Assembly (NCBI GenBank): GCA_030390025.1
Contig: CM059432.1
Location: 64,978,001-65,042,000 of the forward strand
Reading direction: 5' to 3'
DNA: 64,000 nucleotides
DNA from: Squalus acanthias
Lineage: Eukaryota
Of the stretch, positions 1 through 13,955 are shown in pieces. The notes beneath the pieces were generated by a model. That model was not told the origin of the DNA. It saw only the letters and a list, made by a program, of their open reading frames with translations, and ran no database searches. A program made the translations under genes and the position numbers. Each line of letters starts with the position of its first letter. Within the stretch, counting starts at the first letter, position 1.

Positions 1-60
1 CACAATGTACTGATGGCTCTAGGCACTCAAAATATTAATTGAGTTACTAAAGTCAAATAA

Positions 61-1436
61 TAAGAACATAAGAACATAAGAAATAGGAGCAGGAGTAGGC
101 CATTCGAGCCTGCTCCGCCAATCAATGAGATCATGGCTGATCTTCTGCCTTAACTCCATTCCGCAGCCCTATCGCCATATCCCTTGATGCCTTTACTAGT
201 CAGAAATCTATCGACTTCTGTTTTGAATATACCCAATGACTGAGCCTCCACAGCCCTCTGGGGTAGAGAATTCCAAAGATTCACCACCCTCTGTGTGAAG
301 AAATTTCTTCTCATCTCAGTCCTGAATGGCCTACCCTTTATCCTGAGGCTGTGGCCCCTGGTTCTAGACTCCCCAGCCAAGGGAAACATTCTCCCAAAAT
401 CAACCCTATGAAGCCCTGTAATAATAGCTGGGGCCCAAGCACCGATCCTTGCGGTACCCCACTAGTCACAGCCTGCCATCCTGAATAAGACCCGTTTGTC
501 CCTACTCTTTGTTTTCTGTATGTTAACCAAGTCTCAATTCATGCTAGTATATTACCCCCAATTCCATGTGTCCCATTTTGTTCACCAAAATCTTGTGTGG
601 GACCTTATCGAAGGCCTTCTGAAAATCCAAATACACTACATCTACCGGTTCCCCTTTGTCTACTCCACTAGTTACATCCTCAAAGAACTCCAATAGGTTT
701 GCCAAACAGGATTTCCCTTTCATAAATCCATGTTGACTCTGCCCAATCTTACTATTAGTTTCTAAGTGCCCAGTTATTGCATCCTTTATAATAGATTCCA
801 GCATTTTCCCAACTACTGATGTGAGGCTAACAGGTCTGTAGTTCCCCATTTTCTCTCTCCCTCCTTTCTTAAATAGCGGGGTTACATTTGCTATCCTCCA
901 ATCTGCAGGAACTGTTCCAGAAATTTTGGAAGATGACAACCAATGCGTCCACTATCCCAATGGCCACCTCTTTCAAAACCCTAGGATGTAGGTCATTCGG
1001 TCCTTGGGATTTATCGACTTTTAGTCCCATTAATTTTGCTAGTACTGTTTTTTTACTAATAATAATTTCTTTAAGTTCCTCATTCTCACCACACCCTTGG
1101 TTTTCTCATATTTCTGGGAGGATTTTTGTGTCTTCCTACATGAAGACAGAAACAAAGTATTTATTTAATTTCACAGCCATTTCCTCATTCCCCATTATAA
1201 ATTCTCCCGTCTCTGACTGTAAAGGACCTACATTTACCTTCGCCAGTCTTTTCCTTTTCACATACCTATAGAAGCTTTTACAATCCGTTTTTATATTTTT
1301 CGCTATTTTGTGCTCATATTCCATTTTCCCTTTCTTTATCAATTTCTTGGTCCCCCTTTGCTGATTTCTAAAAAGATCCCAATCCTCAGGCCGACTACTT
1401 TTTCTGGCAACTTTATAAGCTTCCTCCTTTGACTTT
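61..1436 (-). mobile_element. CR1 LINE, 5'-truncated 3' part with internal deletion near 425
   Basis: RT fragments ([30 protein letters not shown]), C-terminal FFTQRVVNLWNSLP, 3' stem-loop and (TTCTTATG)n tail; very similar to the CR1 at 43586-45590. Confidence 0.93.
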
Positions 1437-2453
1437 GATTCAATAGAAGCTTGAATACCTAAACTGATCATGCAGAGGTTCTGATTGTGATAGTGGCCCA
1501 CAGGGTAAAAACTCGGTCACCTTTTTATTATGGGAATCACTAGAGTTCCCACTACCTACAGTATGCACAGGTGACACTGCGGGCCATTAGCAGTGGGAGC
1601 AGGGCCTGTCTGATGTGTAAGCCACCAGATTCAAGAGCAGCTGAGCAGGCAGGGCAGAAGGGGGCAAGCACCGACAGTCAGCATGAACGCTGGCTGTTGG
1701 CATGTAGATGCTTTTTTAAATTGTTTGAATGAAGCATTTAAAACCTGTGTTTTGTGGCATGTTGCATTGGTCAGCACTGCAGAATAAATGCTTATTGTTT
1801 CATTTTCAGTGAGCTTTTGCACAATCATCAGAACTATGCCACAGCAGCAGGGAGCAAGTAAAGGAACTTTACATGCAAATTATCCATCTGGCCCCTAATG
1901 ACAAGTGAGGGGAAGAAAGAAAGTTCTTCAACAATAGGAAGATCATTTGCAACCTTTGCTCAAAGACGGCGAGTAACCGCTACCCTTGGTTGGCGATTGC
2001 CGAGTTTTAACAATAAGTGACAAAGGAATTACATTGACCATGTAATGTCATCAGTACACAAACTTAAACAGGTGTTATTATTAGTACCAGCAAAGGCCTG
2101 TCTATGGAGTTAGAAGTTAAAAACAAAGGTTGCTACAGCATTTGCTGCTGCTTTCATGTCAGTTTTCAGTCTTTGTTCCTCCACAGCACCCCATGACATA
2201 AAAACCTGCACCACTGCTATTGAAAGGTGGCCACAACCTCGCAGGTGAGCAGTAAGCATTCCATCGCACTCCTGGCTTGAGCCTTGTAGTTGGTGAAGAG
2301 GCTTTGAGGGATCAGGATGTGAGCCATTCATTGCAGAATAGTCAGTCGCTTTTCTGCCCTTGTAGCCATGCTATTGATAGGCCACAATTACAGTACTGTG
2401 TGCAGTTTTCTGTGCCCCATTATAGAAAGCATATTAAAGCCTAAGAGAATATA

Positions 2454-4692
2454 GGGGTAAAAATTGGATAGCCTCCGAAAACGGGCATGAGAATCGCGAT
2501 GCGGGATTAACCCGCGCCCGTTCAAAGTAATGCAAGCATCACACAAACTACATGCTGTCTGCTAATTATAATGATAGTGGCATGCAGCCCAGCGCTAAAC
2601 ACATTGCTGAGTGGCTGTATGCTCAGCAGGGGGCCCAAGTTCGTGCGAGGCAAGCACCAATTAAAGCTAGCCTGCAGTTCTTAAAGCCAGCCTGCACCTC
2701 TTAAAGAAGAGGTGCATTCTGGCTGCAGCAGGTACTGGAAGTTGTTGCAGAGGAGTGTGTGACCTACAGGAGGAGTGAAGATGGTGTAACATGACAGAGA
2801 GAGGGTTCCCAGTATTTCTGATCCAGCACTCGAGGCCCTGGTGCAGAAGGGGACAGGAGGTGAGATTTTGTGTATCCACAGGAGGCCTGGAGGCCCTCCA
2901 GACAGATGCTGAGAATGGAATGGGAGCAGATAGCCATCACAGTCAATGCAAGCAGTGTAGCCCCGAGGACCTGGATACAGTGCAAGAAGAAATTTAATGA
3001 CCTCACACAAGTGATAAAGGTCAGTGAATTCATCTTCAAATGCCATATCCCTCAAACTTCAACACTAGCCTCACACACTGCTCAATTCACCACATCCCCA
3101 TTACTCACCTACCAACCATCTCTATCAATCATGACTCATACCTCACATTCATATGCTCCACCTCACCCTCACGTACTTACCACTGTTGCAAGCCTCACAC
3201 CCACATCTCACAGCTTGCACACACTGCCAGCTATTCCACCATGACAGCCACATCAGCCAAATACAGTGAACCACACTCACTGACAAACTTCCCTATCTCT
3301 TGCAGGACAAGGTGGAACACAATCGTAGGCAGCAGCAGCTAACGGGAGAGGGACAGGCGTGCCTCCATATCCTGACCCTGCTTGAGGAGACGGTGCTCGG
3401 CATAACTGGAGTGGCTGTGACTGAGGCAGTGGTGAAACCATTGAATATGACGCTATGCTCATACCTAATCCTCCCTCTCATATTCTACTTCCCCCTTATC
3501 CCACAATCTCTTCTGACTTACAAGCTGCAGATGGTGTAAGCATGCACCTTTTGCTTTCTCCGCCCCCACCCCCCTTACCACAACTCTACCCTTGTGCCTT
3601 TCTCATATCAGAGGCTCAAGAAATCCAACATGGCCAGGCATTGGTGCAAGAAGAAGAGAAAGAGCAGAGTGATGATGAAGAAGAAACACCATCATTCGAT
3701 TTCACACTCCCAGCTACCAGCTCAGATACTGGCATTCCGCGTGCTTTAGAGGATAGGTTAGAGGCGGGATCTGCATGTGGTGAATCACCGGGCATGAGTG
3801 GGCTGCAGCCAGGGCAGGGGCAAAGGGTAGCGCAGGTGCCAACTCCCCGGAGCGTGAGGTTGCACACGAGTTCTGTTCCACAGGACTCAGATGAGGACTT
3901 CGATGGGGCGGCCTACAGAACAAAGCTGATGGGTATGCACAACAAAATGCTTGGTGCATTGGCAGGCCTGCCAGAAATCCTGAATCCAATGCAAAGGGGC
4001 ATGGAGGAGTCCAGCTCCAACCTTGCACAGGGCTTTGTGCAGAGCTTGGAGCCTATCCTGTCCAGGGTGGAAGGGGTGGGCAGATCCATTAGCGCACTTG
4101 TGGACCCAACCATCATACAGCGTCTGATGGCCAATGTCTCAGATTCCATTGCAGCACAAGCAGAAGCCACCCAATGTCTGAGTGCTGCAATGGAAGCTCA
4201 GACTGAAGTCACGCAAGCTTAGCTTGCTGCCACGCAAGCACAGACTGCTGCCATCATGGGTGGGTTCATCAGTGTTGAAAGGGGCTTGCAGGGTATCACA
4301 GCAATCCAGCAAGCTATCATCCAGCAGATTACTAGGATTGCTGAGACACTGCCCCGGGAGAGTGGCAGTGGCTCCGTGGAGGACGAACCTGCTGTCCTCT
4401 TTTAGGATGACAGCATTCGTCCTCCCACCACTGCCACTCCACCATTGCTCTTGCTACTGCCTGTCAGCCAGCCAGCCCAGACTGTATCCGCCCATCCCGA
4501 GGTGGTGCAGTCCGAAACCGGGCCTACTAGGCCCAGAGCTGCTTGAAGTCGTCCTCCAAGGTCATCTGCAGTGTCTTCCACTGAAGATCAGTAGCCTTCC
4601 ATCAGCCATGCTGGTGGAAGCACTGCGTAGGAGCACTAGTACAAGAAAAGGCACACTGAAGACAGGCACTAAGGGAATGCACAAGGGTGATT
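2454..4692 (+). mobile_element. Decayed PIF/Harbinger copy: left end plus Myb/SANT pseudogene; right part absent after a LINE insertion
   Basis: TIR-like GGGGTAAAAATTGG at 2454; WEQIA..PRTWIQCKKKFNDLT; donor at 3020, exon starts at 3306 and 3612, matching the intact copy; stops and frameshifts. Confidence 0.85.
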
Positions 4693-5722
4693 AGCCCATC
4701 CCTAATTACCCTGAGAAGGTGGTGGTGAGCCACCTTTTTTGAACCACTGCAGTCCGTGTGGTGAAAGTACTCCCACAGTGCAGTTAGGTAGGGAGTCCCA
4801 TGATTTTGACTCCGCGACAATGATGGAACGGTGATATATTTAGTATGGTGTGTGACTTGGAGGAGAACTTGGAGGTGGTGGTGTTCCTGTGCGTCTGCTG
4901 CCCTTGTCCTTCTAGGTGGAAGAGGTCGTGGGTTTGGGAGCTGCTGTCGAAGAAGCCTTGGCAAGTTGCTGCAGTGTATCTTGTAGATGGTACACACTGC
5001 AGCCACGGTACGCCGGTGGTGGAGGGTGCAAATGTTTAAGGTGGTGGATGGGGTACCAATCAAGTGGGCTGCTTTGTCCTGGATAGTGTTGAGTTTCTTG
5101 AGTGCTGTTGGAGCTGCACTTATCCAGAGTATTCCATCACACTCCTGACTTGTGCTTTGTAGAAAGGCTTTGGGGAGTCAGGAGGTAAGACACTCGTTGC
5201 AGAATACCTAGCCTCTGACCTGCTCTTGTAGCCACAGTATTTATGTGGCTGGTCCAGTTAAGTTTCTGGTCAATGGTGACCCCCAGGATGTTAATGGTGG
5301 GGGATTCGGCGATGGTAATGCTGTTGAATGTCAAGGGGAGGTGGTTAGATTCTCGCTTGTTGGAGATATTCATTGCCTGGCACTTGTGTAGCACAAATGT
5401 TACGTGCCACTTATCAGCCCAAGCCTGAATGTTGTCCAGGTCTTGCTGCATGCGGGCAGGGACTGCTTCATTATCTAAGGAGTTGCAAATGGAACTGAAC
5501 ACTGAGCAATCATCAGCCAACATACCCATGTTTGACCTTATGATGGAGGAAAGGTCATTGATGAAGCAGTTCAAGACGGTTGGGCCTAGGACATGACCCT
5601 GAGGAACTCTGCAGCGATGTCCTGGGGCTGAGATGATTGGCCTCCAACCACCACAACCATCTTCCTTTGTGCTAGGTATGACTACAGCCAGTGGAGTTTT
5701 TCCCCCTGATTTCCATTAATTT
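4693..5722 (-). mobile_element. CR1/L2-group LINE 3' fragment (second family)
   Basis: ORF pieces MQQDLDNIQAWADKW, ILGVTIDQKLNWTSHI; homologous to 24341-25388. Confidence 0.88.
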
Positions 5723-5724
5723 CA

Positions 5725-8291
5725 GAGGCAGAGACAGTAGAAATTGTAATGGGGAATAAGGAAATGGCAGAGATGTTAAACCAATATTGTGTCTGTCTCA
5801 CAGTAGAAGAAAAAAGAACATATCGGAATATGTGGGGAAGGGGCTAATGAGAGTGAGGAACTTAAAGTAATTAAGAAGGCAAATGGAATGTTGGCTTTCA
5901 TTGCTAGGGGGATAGAATATAAAAATAGGGAGGTATTGCTTCAGTTGTACAAGGTATTGGTGAGACCGCACCTGGAATACGGCATACAGTTTTGGTGTCC
6001 TTACTTAAGGAAAGACATCCTTGCTCTCGAGGCAGTGCAAAAAAGGTTCATTCGGTTAATCCCGGGGATGAGGGGGTGGTCATATGAGGAGAGGTTGGGT
6101 AGATTGGGACTCTACTCATTGGAGTTCAGAAGAATGAGAGGCGATCTTATTGAAACATATAAGATTGTGAAGGGGTTGGATCGGGTGGATGCGGGGAGGA
6201 TGTTCCCAATGACGGGTGAGACGAGAACTAGGGGACATAGTCTTAGAATAAGGGGCTGCTCTTTCAAAACTGAGATGAGGAGGAACTACTTCACTCAGAG
6301 GGTGGTAGGTCCATGGAATATGCTGCCACAAAAAGCTGTAGAAGCTACAACATTAATTAAATTTAAAACAGAAATAGACAGTTTCCTAGAAGTAAAGGGC
6401 ATTAAGGGTTACGGGGAGCGGGCAGGAATTTGGACATGAGTCTAGGTTCGGATCGGTCATGGCCCTGTGGGTAGTGGAGCGGGCCCAGGGACTGTGTAGC
6501 CTGATTCTGCTCCTATTTCGTGTGTGCAATTCTGTTAGATGCAGGAGATGGTTCTGTGATAGATAGTAGATTGGCGGTTAGGATCAGATCAGCCATGATC
6601 TTATTGAATGGCGGAGCAGGCTCGAGGGGCCGATTGGCCTACTCCTGCTCCTATTTCTTATGTTCTTATGTTCTTATGTTAATATTAGTAAAGAAAAAGT
6701 ATTGGAGAAATTAATGGGACTAAAAGCTGACAAATCCCCTGGACCTGATGGCCTACCTCCTAGGGTTTTAAAAGAGCTGGCTGCAGAGATAGTGGATGAT
6801 CTTCCAGAATTTCCAAGATTCTATGGTTCCCATGGATTACACAGTAGCAAATGTAACCCTGCTGTTCAAGAAAGGAGGGAGAGAGAAAACAGGGACCTAT
6901 AGACCAGTTAGCCTGACATCAGTAGTAGGGAAAATGCTAGAATCTATTATTAAGGACGTGGTAACAGGGCACTTGGAAAATCATAATATGATTAGGCAGA
7001 GACAACACAGTTTTATGAAAGGGAAATCGTGTTTGACAAATCTATTACAGTTTTTTGAGTGTATAACTAGCAGGGTAGATAAGGGAGAACTAGTGGATGT
7101 AGAATATCTGGATTTTTAGAAGGCATTCGATAAGGTGCCACACAATAGATTCTTGCACAAGATTAGGGCTCATGGGATTGAGGGTAATATATTAGCATGG
7201 ATTGAGGATTGGTTATTGGACAGAAAACAAGGAGCAGGAATAAACGGGTCATTTTCAGGATGGCAGGGTGTAACTAGCGAAGTGCCGCAAGGATCAGTAT
7301 TTGGGCATCAGCTATTTACAATCTATATCATTGACTTAGATGAAGGGACCAAGTATAATATATTCAAATTTGCTGACAATACAAAGCTAGGAGGGAAAGT
7401 AAGCTGCGAGGAGGACATAGGCAGAGGCTACAAAGGGATACAGACTGGTTACGTGATTGGGCAAGAAGGTGGCAGATAGAATATAATGTGGGGAAGTGTG
7501 AATTTATCCACTTTGGTAGGAAGAATAGAAAAGCAGAATATATTTTAAAAGGTGAGAGACTAGTAAATGTTGGGATTCAGAGGTATTTAGGTGTCCTTGT
7601 ACATGAATCACAGAAAGTTAACATGCAGGTACAGCAAGAAATTAAGAAAACAAATGGTATGTTAGCCTATACTGCAAGGGGGTTGGAGTATAAGAGTAAG
7701 GAAGTCTTGCTGCAATTATATAGGGCTTTGGTGAGACCACACCTGGAGTACTGTGTATAGTTTTTGTCTCCTTACCTAAGGAACAATATATTTGACTTAG
7801 AGGGGGTGCATCGAAGGTTCACTAGATTGATTTCTGGGATGAGTGGGCTGTCCTATGAGAAAAGATTGAGTAGAATGGGCCTATATTCTCTGGAGTCTAG
7901 AAGAATGAGAGGTGATGTCATTGAAAATTCTTAGAGGGCTTGACAGGGTAGATGCGGAGAGGCTGCTCCCCCTGGCTGGGGAGTCTAGAACCAGGGGTCA
8001 CAGTCTCAGGATAAGGGGTCAGCCATTTAGGACTGAGATGAGGAGAAATTTCTTCACTCAGAGGGTTATGAATCTTTCAAATTCTCTTCTCCAGAGGGCT
8101 GTGGATGCTCAGTCGTTGAGTTTATTCAAGACAGAGATCGATAGATTTTTGGGCACTAAGGGAATCAAAGAATATGGGGATAGGACGGGAAAGTGGAGTT
8201 GATGTAAAAGTTCAGCCATGATCTTATTGAATGGCGGAGCAGGCTTGAGAGGCAATATGTCCTACTCCTGCTCCTAATTTTTAATGTTCTA
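5725..8291 (+). mobile_element. CR1 LINE RT region, interrupted by a younger CR1 at 5875-6678
   Basis: Frameshifted RT (KSPGPDG, YRPVSLTS, VPQGSV, KFADNTK, RPHLEY) and 3' tail. Confidence 0.92.
5875..6678 (+). mobile_element. Younger CR1 3' fragment nested in CR1, with duplicated 3' terminal region
   Basis: Open 183-aa C-terminal ORF 5888-6439, (TTCTTATG)3 tail, TTAA on both sides, host CR1 resumes after it. Confidence 0.88.
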
Positions 8292-8557
8292 AGAGAGTGA
8301 GGAGAGAGGTAGAGAGACATCTCTTTTTGCAGAGGGTTGTTGGATCATGGAATTCTTTACCATAGGGAGTAGTTGAGGCACAGACCGTTGCATCTTTTAA
8401 GAGAAAATTGGATTATTATTTGAAGCAGAAGAAGGTGCAGAGATTTAGGGAGAGAGCAGAGCTACAAGATTAGTTTTGGATTGTACTAGCATAGAGCTGG
8501 CCCAATCACGATGGGCTGAATGACATCCTTCCGTGTCATAAACATCTATGGTTCTAT
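8292..8557 (+). mobile_element. Old CR1 3' fragment
   Basis: Degenerate CR1 C-terminus/3' UTR ending CTATGGTTCTAT. Confidence 0.65.
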
Positions 8558-10721
8558 GGCCTAGAAAATGGACATTGACAGAAACCTGCTGATGTCACCA
8601 TGGCCTCGTGTTTACAGCCGCTGAAAATGGCTACAGCGCTACCGGGCAAAGATTCACGCTGGGGGGCTGGAGATTAGTAGCACAACGCTAACTTACAGTG
8701 TAACGCCCTCCTGGTGGTGTTAGTAGAGTCATCGGACCCAAAGATCCCGTCCAGGAGCAGTGTTGCATCTTCTTACAGCCTCTGGGAGCAAGGCTGTGGA
8801 GTTCACAAGGAACTGTGGGCAATTAAAAGGGCTATGAATTACAGGGGCAATGCATTCAGAACTAATAAAAACTAAAATGCAGTGAAAGAATGCAGTTTTC
8901 AGCTCTTACTGCCTTTCAAAAAAAAATTATTGAAAAGAAATCCCAAATGGAAGTCTTCAGCACATAAAGCTGAATTCCCTTCCGAACCTCAAAAAATGGG
9001 AAAACGATTCAGCACTAACACAAATGGCTCAGCAAGCCAGGGAAGGGGCACCCAGGGTCTCGCAGGCAGCACTCCAGCTTTGTGCAGGGGTCAACACTGC
9101 AAGACATGTCCTCTACCCACGGGGGCCAGGAGGCCCTGCAGAAAGAAAGATGTGGGACCACATCACCGAGGTCATGACTGCCAGTAGTATCACCCCCACC
9201 ACCTGGCTCCAGAACCCAAAGAAGCTTCATGACCTCAGACCACTGGTCAAGGTCAGTGAATGCATCTTCAAAAGCTGTCTCCTACCAACTGCATCACTAG
9301 GTTCACACACTGTTCAATGCATAACTCCACCCCCAATCACTTACCTACCAACAATCTGTACCAATCACGTGCACATCTCAGGGGCATGGCTGAGCCCTTG
9401 GCCAGCTGCGGGGCTGAAAGGATACAAAATGCTGGTATCCTCACACATTATCCTCCTTCTGGCCTGCACCTCTTGCTTTCCCGCCCTCCCCTCACCACAA
9501 CCCCAACCTTATGCTTTCCTCATTTCACGCACCCAAGAAATGCAGCCTGCCCAGCCAGTGGTTGGCCAAGAAGAGGGAGAGGAGAGTGAAGAAGAAGGTG
9601 ATTGATTTGACACTCCCAGGCACCAGCTCCTCAAGGTCGACCAGCAAGGCCATTTGCAGTATCCCCCACTGAAAGTCAGCAGCCTTCCACCAGCCATGCT
9701 GCAGCCCCTGGGGTAGCACTGCGTGACATCAATACGATAGGCAAAGGCACACACAAGACAGTCACTAAGAGAATAAATAGGGGTGATGAGTTGATTTCTT
9801 GATGTCACATTGGATACAACATTGGATTGGAAAGTTTGCTTTGTGGTGGCTTTTATTTCAAAGCCAAGGGGATGCTGTGATGGTCAGTAACAAGGGAAGG
9901 TAAGGTGTGGGTCAAATGTTGAAAGGGAAATTGGGGTTGTGGTCACTGGGACCGTAGGCGAATGATTCCATCCCGGATATCCCGGCCAGAAAGGGGCTGT
10001 CTGGGTTGCCTCCTTCCTTCTGCTTCCTCCTCTTCTGCTTCCTCCTCCTCAGCGTCTTCCTCTTCTGTGTCTTCCTCTTCTCTCTGCGAGCGGATGCTGC
10101 AAATCTGAAATGACTGCAAAAAATGCTGCAAATACTCAGCTGGTCAGGCAGCATCTCAACCTGAGACGTGAACTCTGTTTCTCTCTCCATGGATGTTGCT
10201 TGACCTGCTGAGTATTTGCAGCATTTTCTGTCTTCTCAGTTGCTTTCCTTTACCATCTGAGGCCTTGCAAGTGTCCAGCAGCACTCCCTATATACTTAAA
10301 AATCGTTTAACATCTATTGCAGCAAGCCACTACTTCAATAAAATCAAAAACACCCAGTTCAAAAGTTTAAATGCAAACTTACCTGAACGATGTGTGTGTC
10401 TCTTTAAGAGGTGCTGACAGCGCCTCTGTCAGTCTGCTTGAATGTTGAGTTTACCTGGCTTGCTTAGGACCCAGTGCTGAACTCATTGCTAGGGTCAAAG
10501 TTCACCATGGTGACGTTAAGTCGGCACCGCACGCTGACTGACGTCACCACTCCGTCATTTTTTTTTGCAGGGCGCTACTTCATAATGGCAGTGTTACCAG
10601 GACTTCGAAAATGGAGGACGCCGCAGGGGCCCGCCACCAGCTGGCAGAAGAGCGGCGGTGGCCGCTTTCTTGACATTATGTCGCGCTAACAGGTGGCGCT
10701 AAGGTAGGGAATTTCTCCCTC
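8558..10721 (+). mobile_element. Internally deleted Harbinger copy (Myb remnants on +, acidic transposase tail on -)
   Basis: TIR-like GGCCTAGAAAAT ... AATTTCTCCCTC; TWLQNPKKLHDLRPLVK followed by GT; homologous to 13857-15930; GCGCTAA subterminal motifs. Confidence 0.78.
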
Positions 10722-10724
10722 ATT

Positions 10725-10985
10725 ATGCCTGGTCCAGTTAAGCTTCTGGTCAATGGTAATCCCAAAATGTTTCTGCTGGGGGAACTGACAATGGTTGTGG
10801 CATTGAGGGTCAGGAGGAGATGGTTAGCCTTTTTCCTTTTGGAGATGGTCATTACCTGGCACTTACATGGCATGAATGTTATGTGCCACTCTTCAGCCCA
10901 AGCCTGGATGTTGTCCAAGTCCTGTTGTAGGCCATAATAGGCTGCTTCATTATAGGAGGAGCTGTGAATGGAGCTGAACATTAAT
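10725..10985 (-). mobile_element. CR1/L2-group LINE fragment
   Basis: LQQDLDNIQAWAEEWHITF, homologous to 4693-5722. Confidence 0.8.
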
Positions 10986-13164
10986 GCATTCAAAAAGAGC
11001 TTATTTCTGATTTGATTACATATAGCAACCAAAGCAATTCTTCCCATTATAAGTATTAGCCAGAAGCCTTCACTATAAAAAGGACAAGAAAACCTTTTGT
11101 ATTTTAATATGGTGTTAGACTGTGATTTTTACACAATCTATAAATGGTGCTAAACTGTAATAGTTTAAATGGTATGATATTCAGATCAAAGTTTCTACAG
11201 TGTTTGCCCACTGTGTAAATCAATCCATTAAGGACAATTTCTGTTACAGCAAATACAAGGGAGCAAACGGCATAATAGAACAAAAAGTGGCCAGTCCCAA
11301 TTTGAGACTATTTCTGGCAACCAAGGTATCGGGGCAGGGAGTGCCCACTTAACCAGAAGCTTCAGTTGAATGTTGAAATGTGGTTGGGGATGTCCTGCAC
11401 ACAATTTCCTGATGTTTGTGCATGCAGGACACTTAGTATTAATTACATACATCTAAAATGGGCATCCAGGGTTGCTAGGGACTGGAAAAAATATAGAAGT
11501 TCATTTAAAGGGCACAGTAATATAAACAAAGTCTTTTTAGGACATTTCAGGACTGCCTTTCTTTGGATTTTTTCTCCATTGGCATTCAGGTTCTCGTGAA
11601 CTGTTGTGCTGCTTTTTTTCCCATACGCACCATTATTGTCATCAATGGGTTCCTCAATAGAAATCTACCAACTCAGCAGTTAGGCTGCATTAGAGATGTT
11701 ATGTTCTCATCCACTAGACCCTGTGCTGCCATCTTTGCAGATAGAGATGAACATACTTAGCTTCAGCAGTATCAGTACATGTGCAAGCTATTTTCAAAGG
11801 TTGGTTGTGACAGAAGACTGAATGGCACCACCAGCATGCGGCTGACTGTTATACTCAATGGTTCTTGAGAGGCACCCCAATCACAGTACGTCAGGATTTA
11901 CATGGTACTGCATGAAAAATGGCATGCCAAGGTGATCAACAGATAGCAAAACCAGACTGACTGCTTCCAACAAGATGCCACCAACCATACCTGCAGGCAT
12001 TGTTGCACCTACCTGGGAAGTGTCTTGGGATCCAAGTCAGCAAAGAGCCAGAAGAGGAGCTGTGCCATCTGCTGCAAGAGTACTTGCAGCTACCATGCAG
12101 TTTAGGACTGGCACAGCCAGTGACAGGGCTCAAAACCTGCCTCCATCTCCTTTCAGGCATGCTGCAATGCTGATCTGTGGGGGTGGTGGTGTGGTGTAGG
12201 GAAACATGACACCCTTTTTAAAACGCCTATGCAGTGCCACTGCCACTTGGCAAGCCATCAAATGGAGGAACAGGCAGTGGTCAGCTCCATTATTCGCCTG
12301 CAGCCTCATACTGGCACAATGCATATCCTTTTCCTTCATTTTGACTTGTCACTTCATAGCCCTCTCCTCCTACACCCTTGGCAAAGACTGCCAATAGATT
12401 GTGATACCTTTCCAAAGGCTGTAAGTATTTTTGTCCCCTATTCTGCCAGTTCCCTTTAATTGTCTGCATCCCTTTAAATTTCACAATAACCTCTTCCACC
12501 ATGAGTGCACTACCTGCACATCCCCAAATCTGCATCTCGTGCTGTGAATAATTGTGCAAATAGGCTGAGTAACAAATTACTGATATGTCAGGATATGCAC
12601 CTTTCAGAACTGAATTACATCAGGATATGAAAATCTGTGTGTAGAGTGAATATTTTTTAAGGTAGCTGCATTATGCGGACTCTATATGCATGCACTGTAA
12701 ACTGTAGCCATATTTACAGATAAATGTTCAATCAAGATTATATTTCATTAAATCAAAAACCTTTTAGAACAGAAATTAATGGCTGAATAAGACAGATGAC
12801 TGTACAAGCACAATAGATTCCAGTGAATATGATAATGTACTGCAGCTATTTTTATTAGATCAGTACATTTATTTAAATGCATAGCACAGTACTATATATA
12901 AAAAAAACACTTGATTTAGTGTCTCTTTCAAAAGCTAAAATGCCAGTGTCCCAGTGTTGCTGAAGAAAGCAATGTTACAAAATTATTTGTACCTGTACAT
13001 TATTTTGAAGTAATTTTTCCACTAAAGTGGAACTCTGACTTTGAGTGCTCTTAACTCTAGCAATAACCATTATCCAAATTTTGATTTGTCAAGAGGTTTG
13101 TAAGATAAGGAAAGAACTGTGAATAAAAATTTACATAAACAGAGTTTCTTTTTGTTCTACTTAC

Positions 13165-13275
13165 AGGTAGTTGCCGTTCTTTTTCTAGAATAACTAGGAC
13201 TTGTCGCAAGATCTTCCTCCTCACTGCCTGATTGTCAATACCTATAAGATGCAGCAAGTTAGTATTTTCAATAAA
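13165..13275 (-). CDS. Candidate host-gene exon, SAM-domain-like C-terminal helix
   Basis: TGCAG acceptor, GTAAGT donor, 111 nt phase 0-0, FIENTNLLHLIGIDNQAVRRKILRQVLVILEKERQLP in non-repeat sequence; alternative acceptor 5 nt upstream. Confidence 0.55.
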
Positions 13276-13499
13276 CTGCACTGAACAATATAGACAAGAA
13301 ATTATAAAATTCCACTCCCAGTGTGGCATCTCCCTTGATGGAGCACTGACCAGAGATGTGGGTGCTTGAGGCCAGATTGCCTGACTCATGGCATTCCCAA
13401 TTTTCTAGCCATTAAAATCAATGGATGGAAAATTAAGAGCACCACAAATCGAATGTTTTGACCTCCGATACACTTCTCAATTTCAACACTGGGAAGAGT

Positions 13500-13670
13500 G
13501 CTTCAAGATTACATGATTTGTTCTGAGTCAGCTTCCTGAAGGAAGAAAATTTGCAGGGGTAAAGGCGGGGGAGTGGGACTAGCTGAAGTGCTCTTGCAGA
13601 GAGCTGACACGGGCTCGTCGGGCCAAATGGCCCCCTTCTGTGCTGTAACCATGCTATGATTCTATGATTT
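13500..13670 (+). mobile_element. CR1 3' end fragment
   Basis: CR1 3' UTR with (CTATGATT)n tail. Confidence 0.7.
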
Positions 13671-13955
13671 GATTTATTATTGTGCTGTTCTATACAAGGA
13701 CCTGTATTAGGACCTGATACATGAGTTAATAAACTTAACAAAAGCGAGCGTTACTCTTTTTAACCTCTGGTACCTAGTGTTTCCTTCCCAGTAGCAAATT
13801 TGTTTGCCACAATTTTTTAATTACTTTGTTTCATTTTAGTTGAAGAAGCAGACGGAGACCTAGAAATTCGATAAGGCCCGAAAATGGGCGGTGCCATCAC
13901 AGGGCAAGATTTGCTCACAAAAGTAAAAAAATTGCAGGCAGCACGTTATTTTGAT

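Noticed and set aside
1502..2013. Possible old MITE with AAAACTCGG inverted ends
   Set aside because: Only 9 bp of inverted match and no TSD.
11450..11760. Possible terminal exon after the SAM-like exon
   Set aside because: Several weak acceptors and no convincing frame; cannot be supported.
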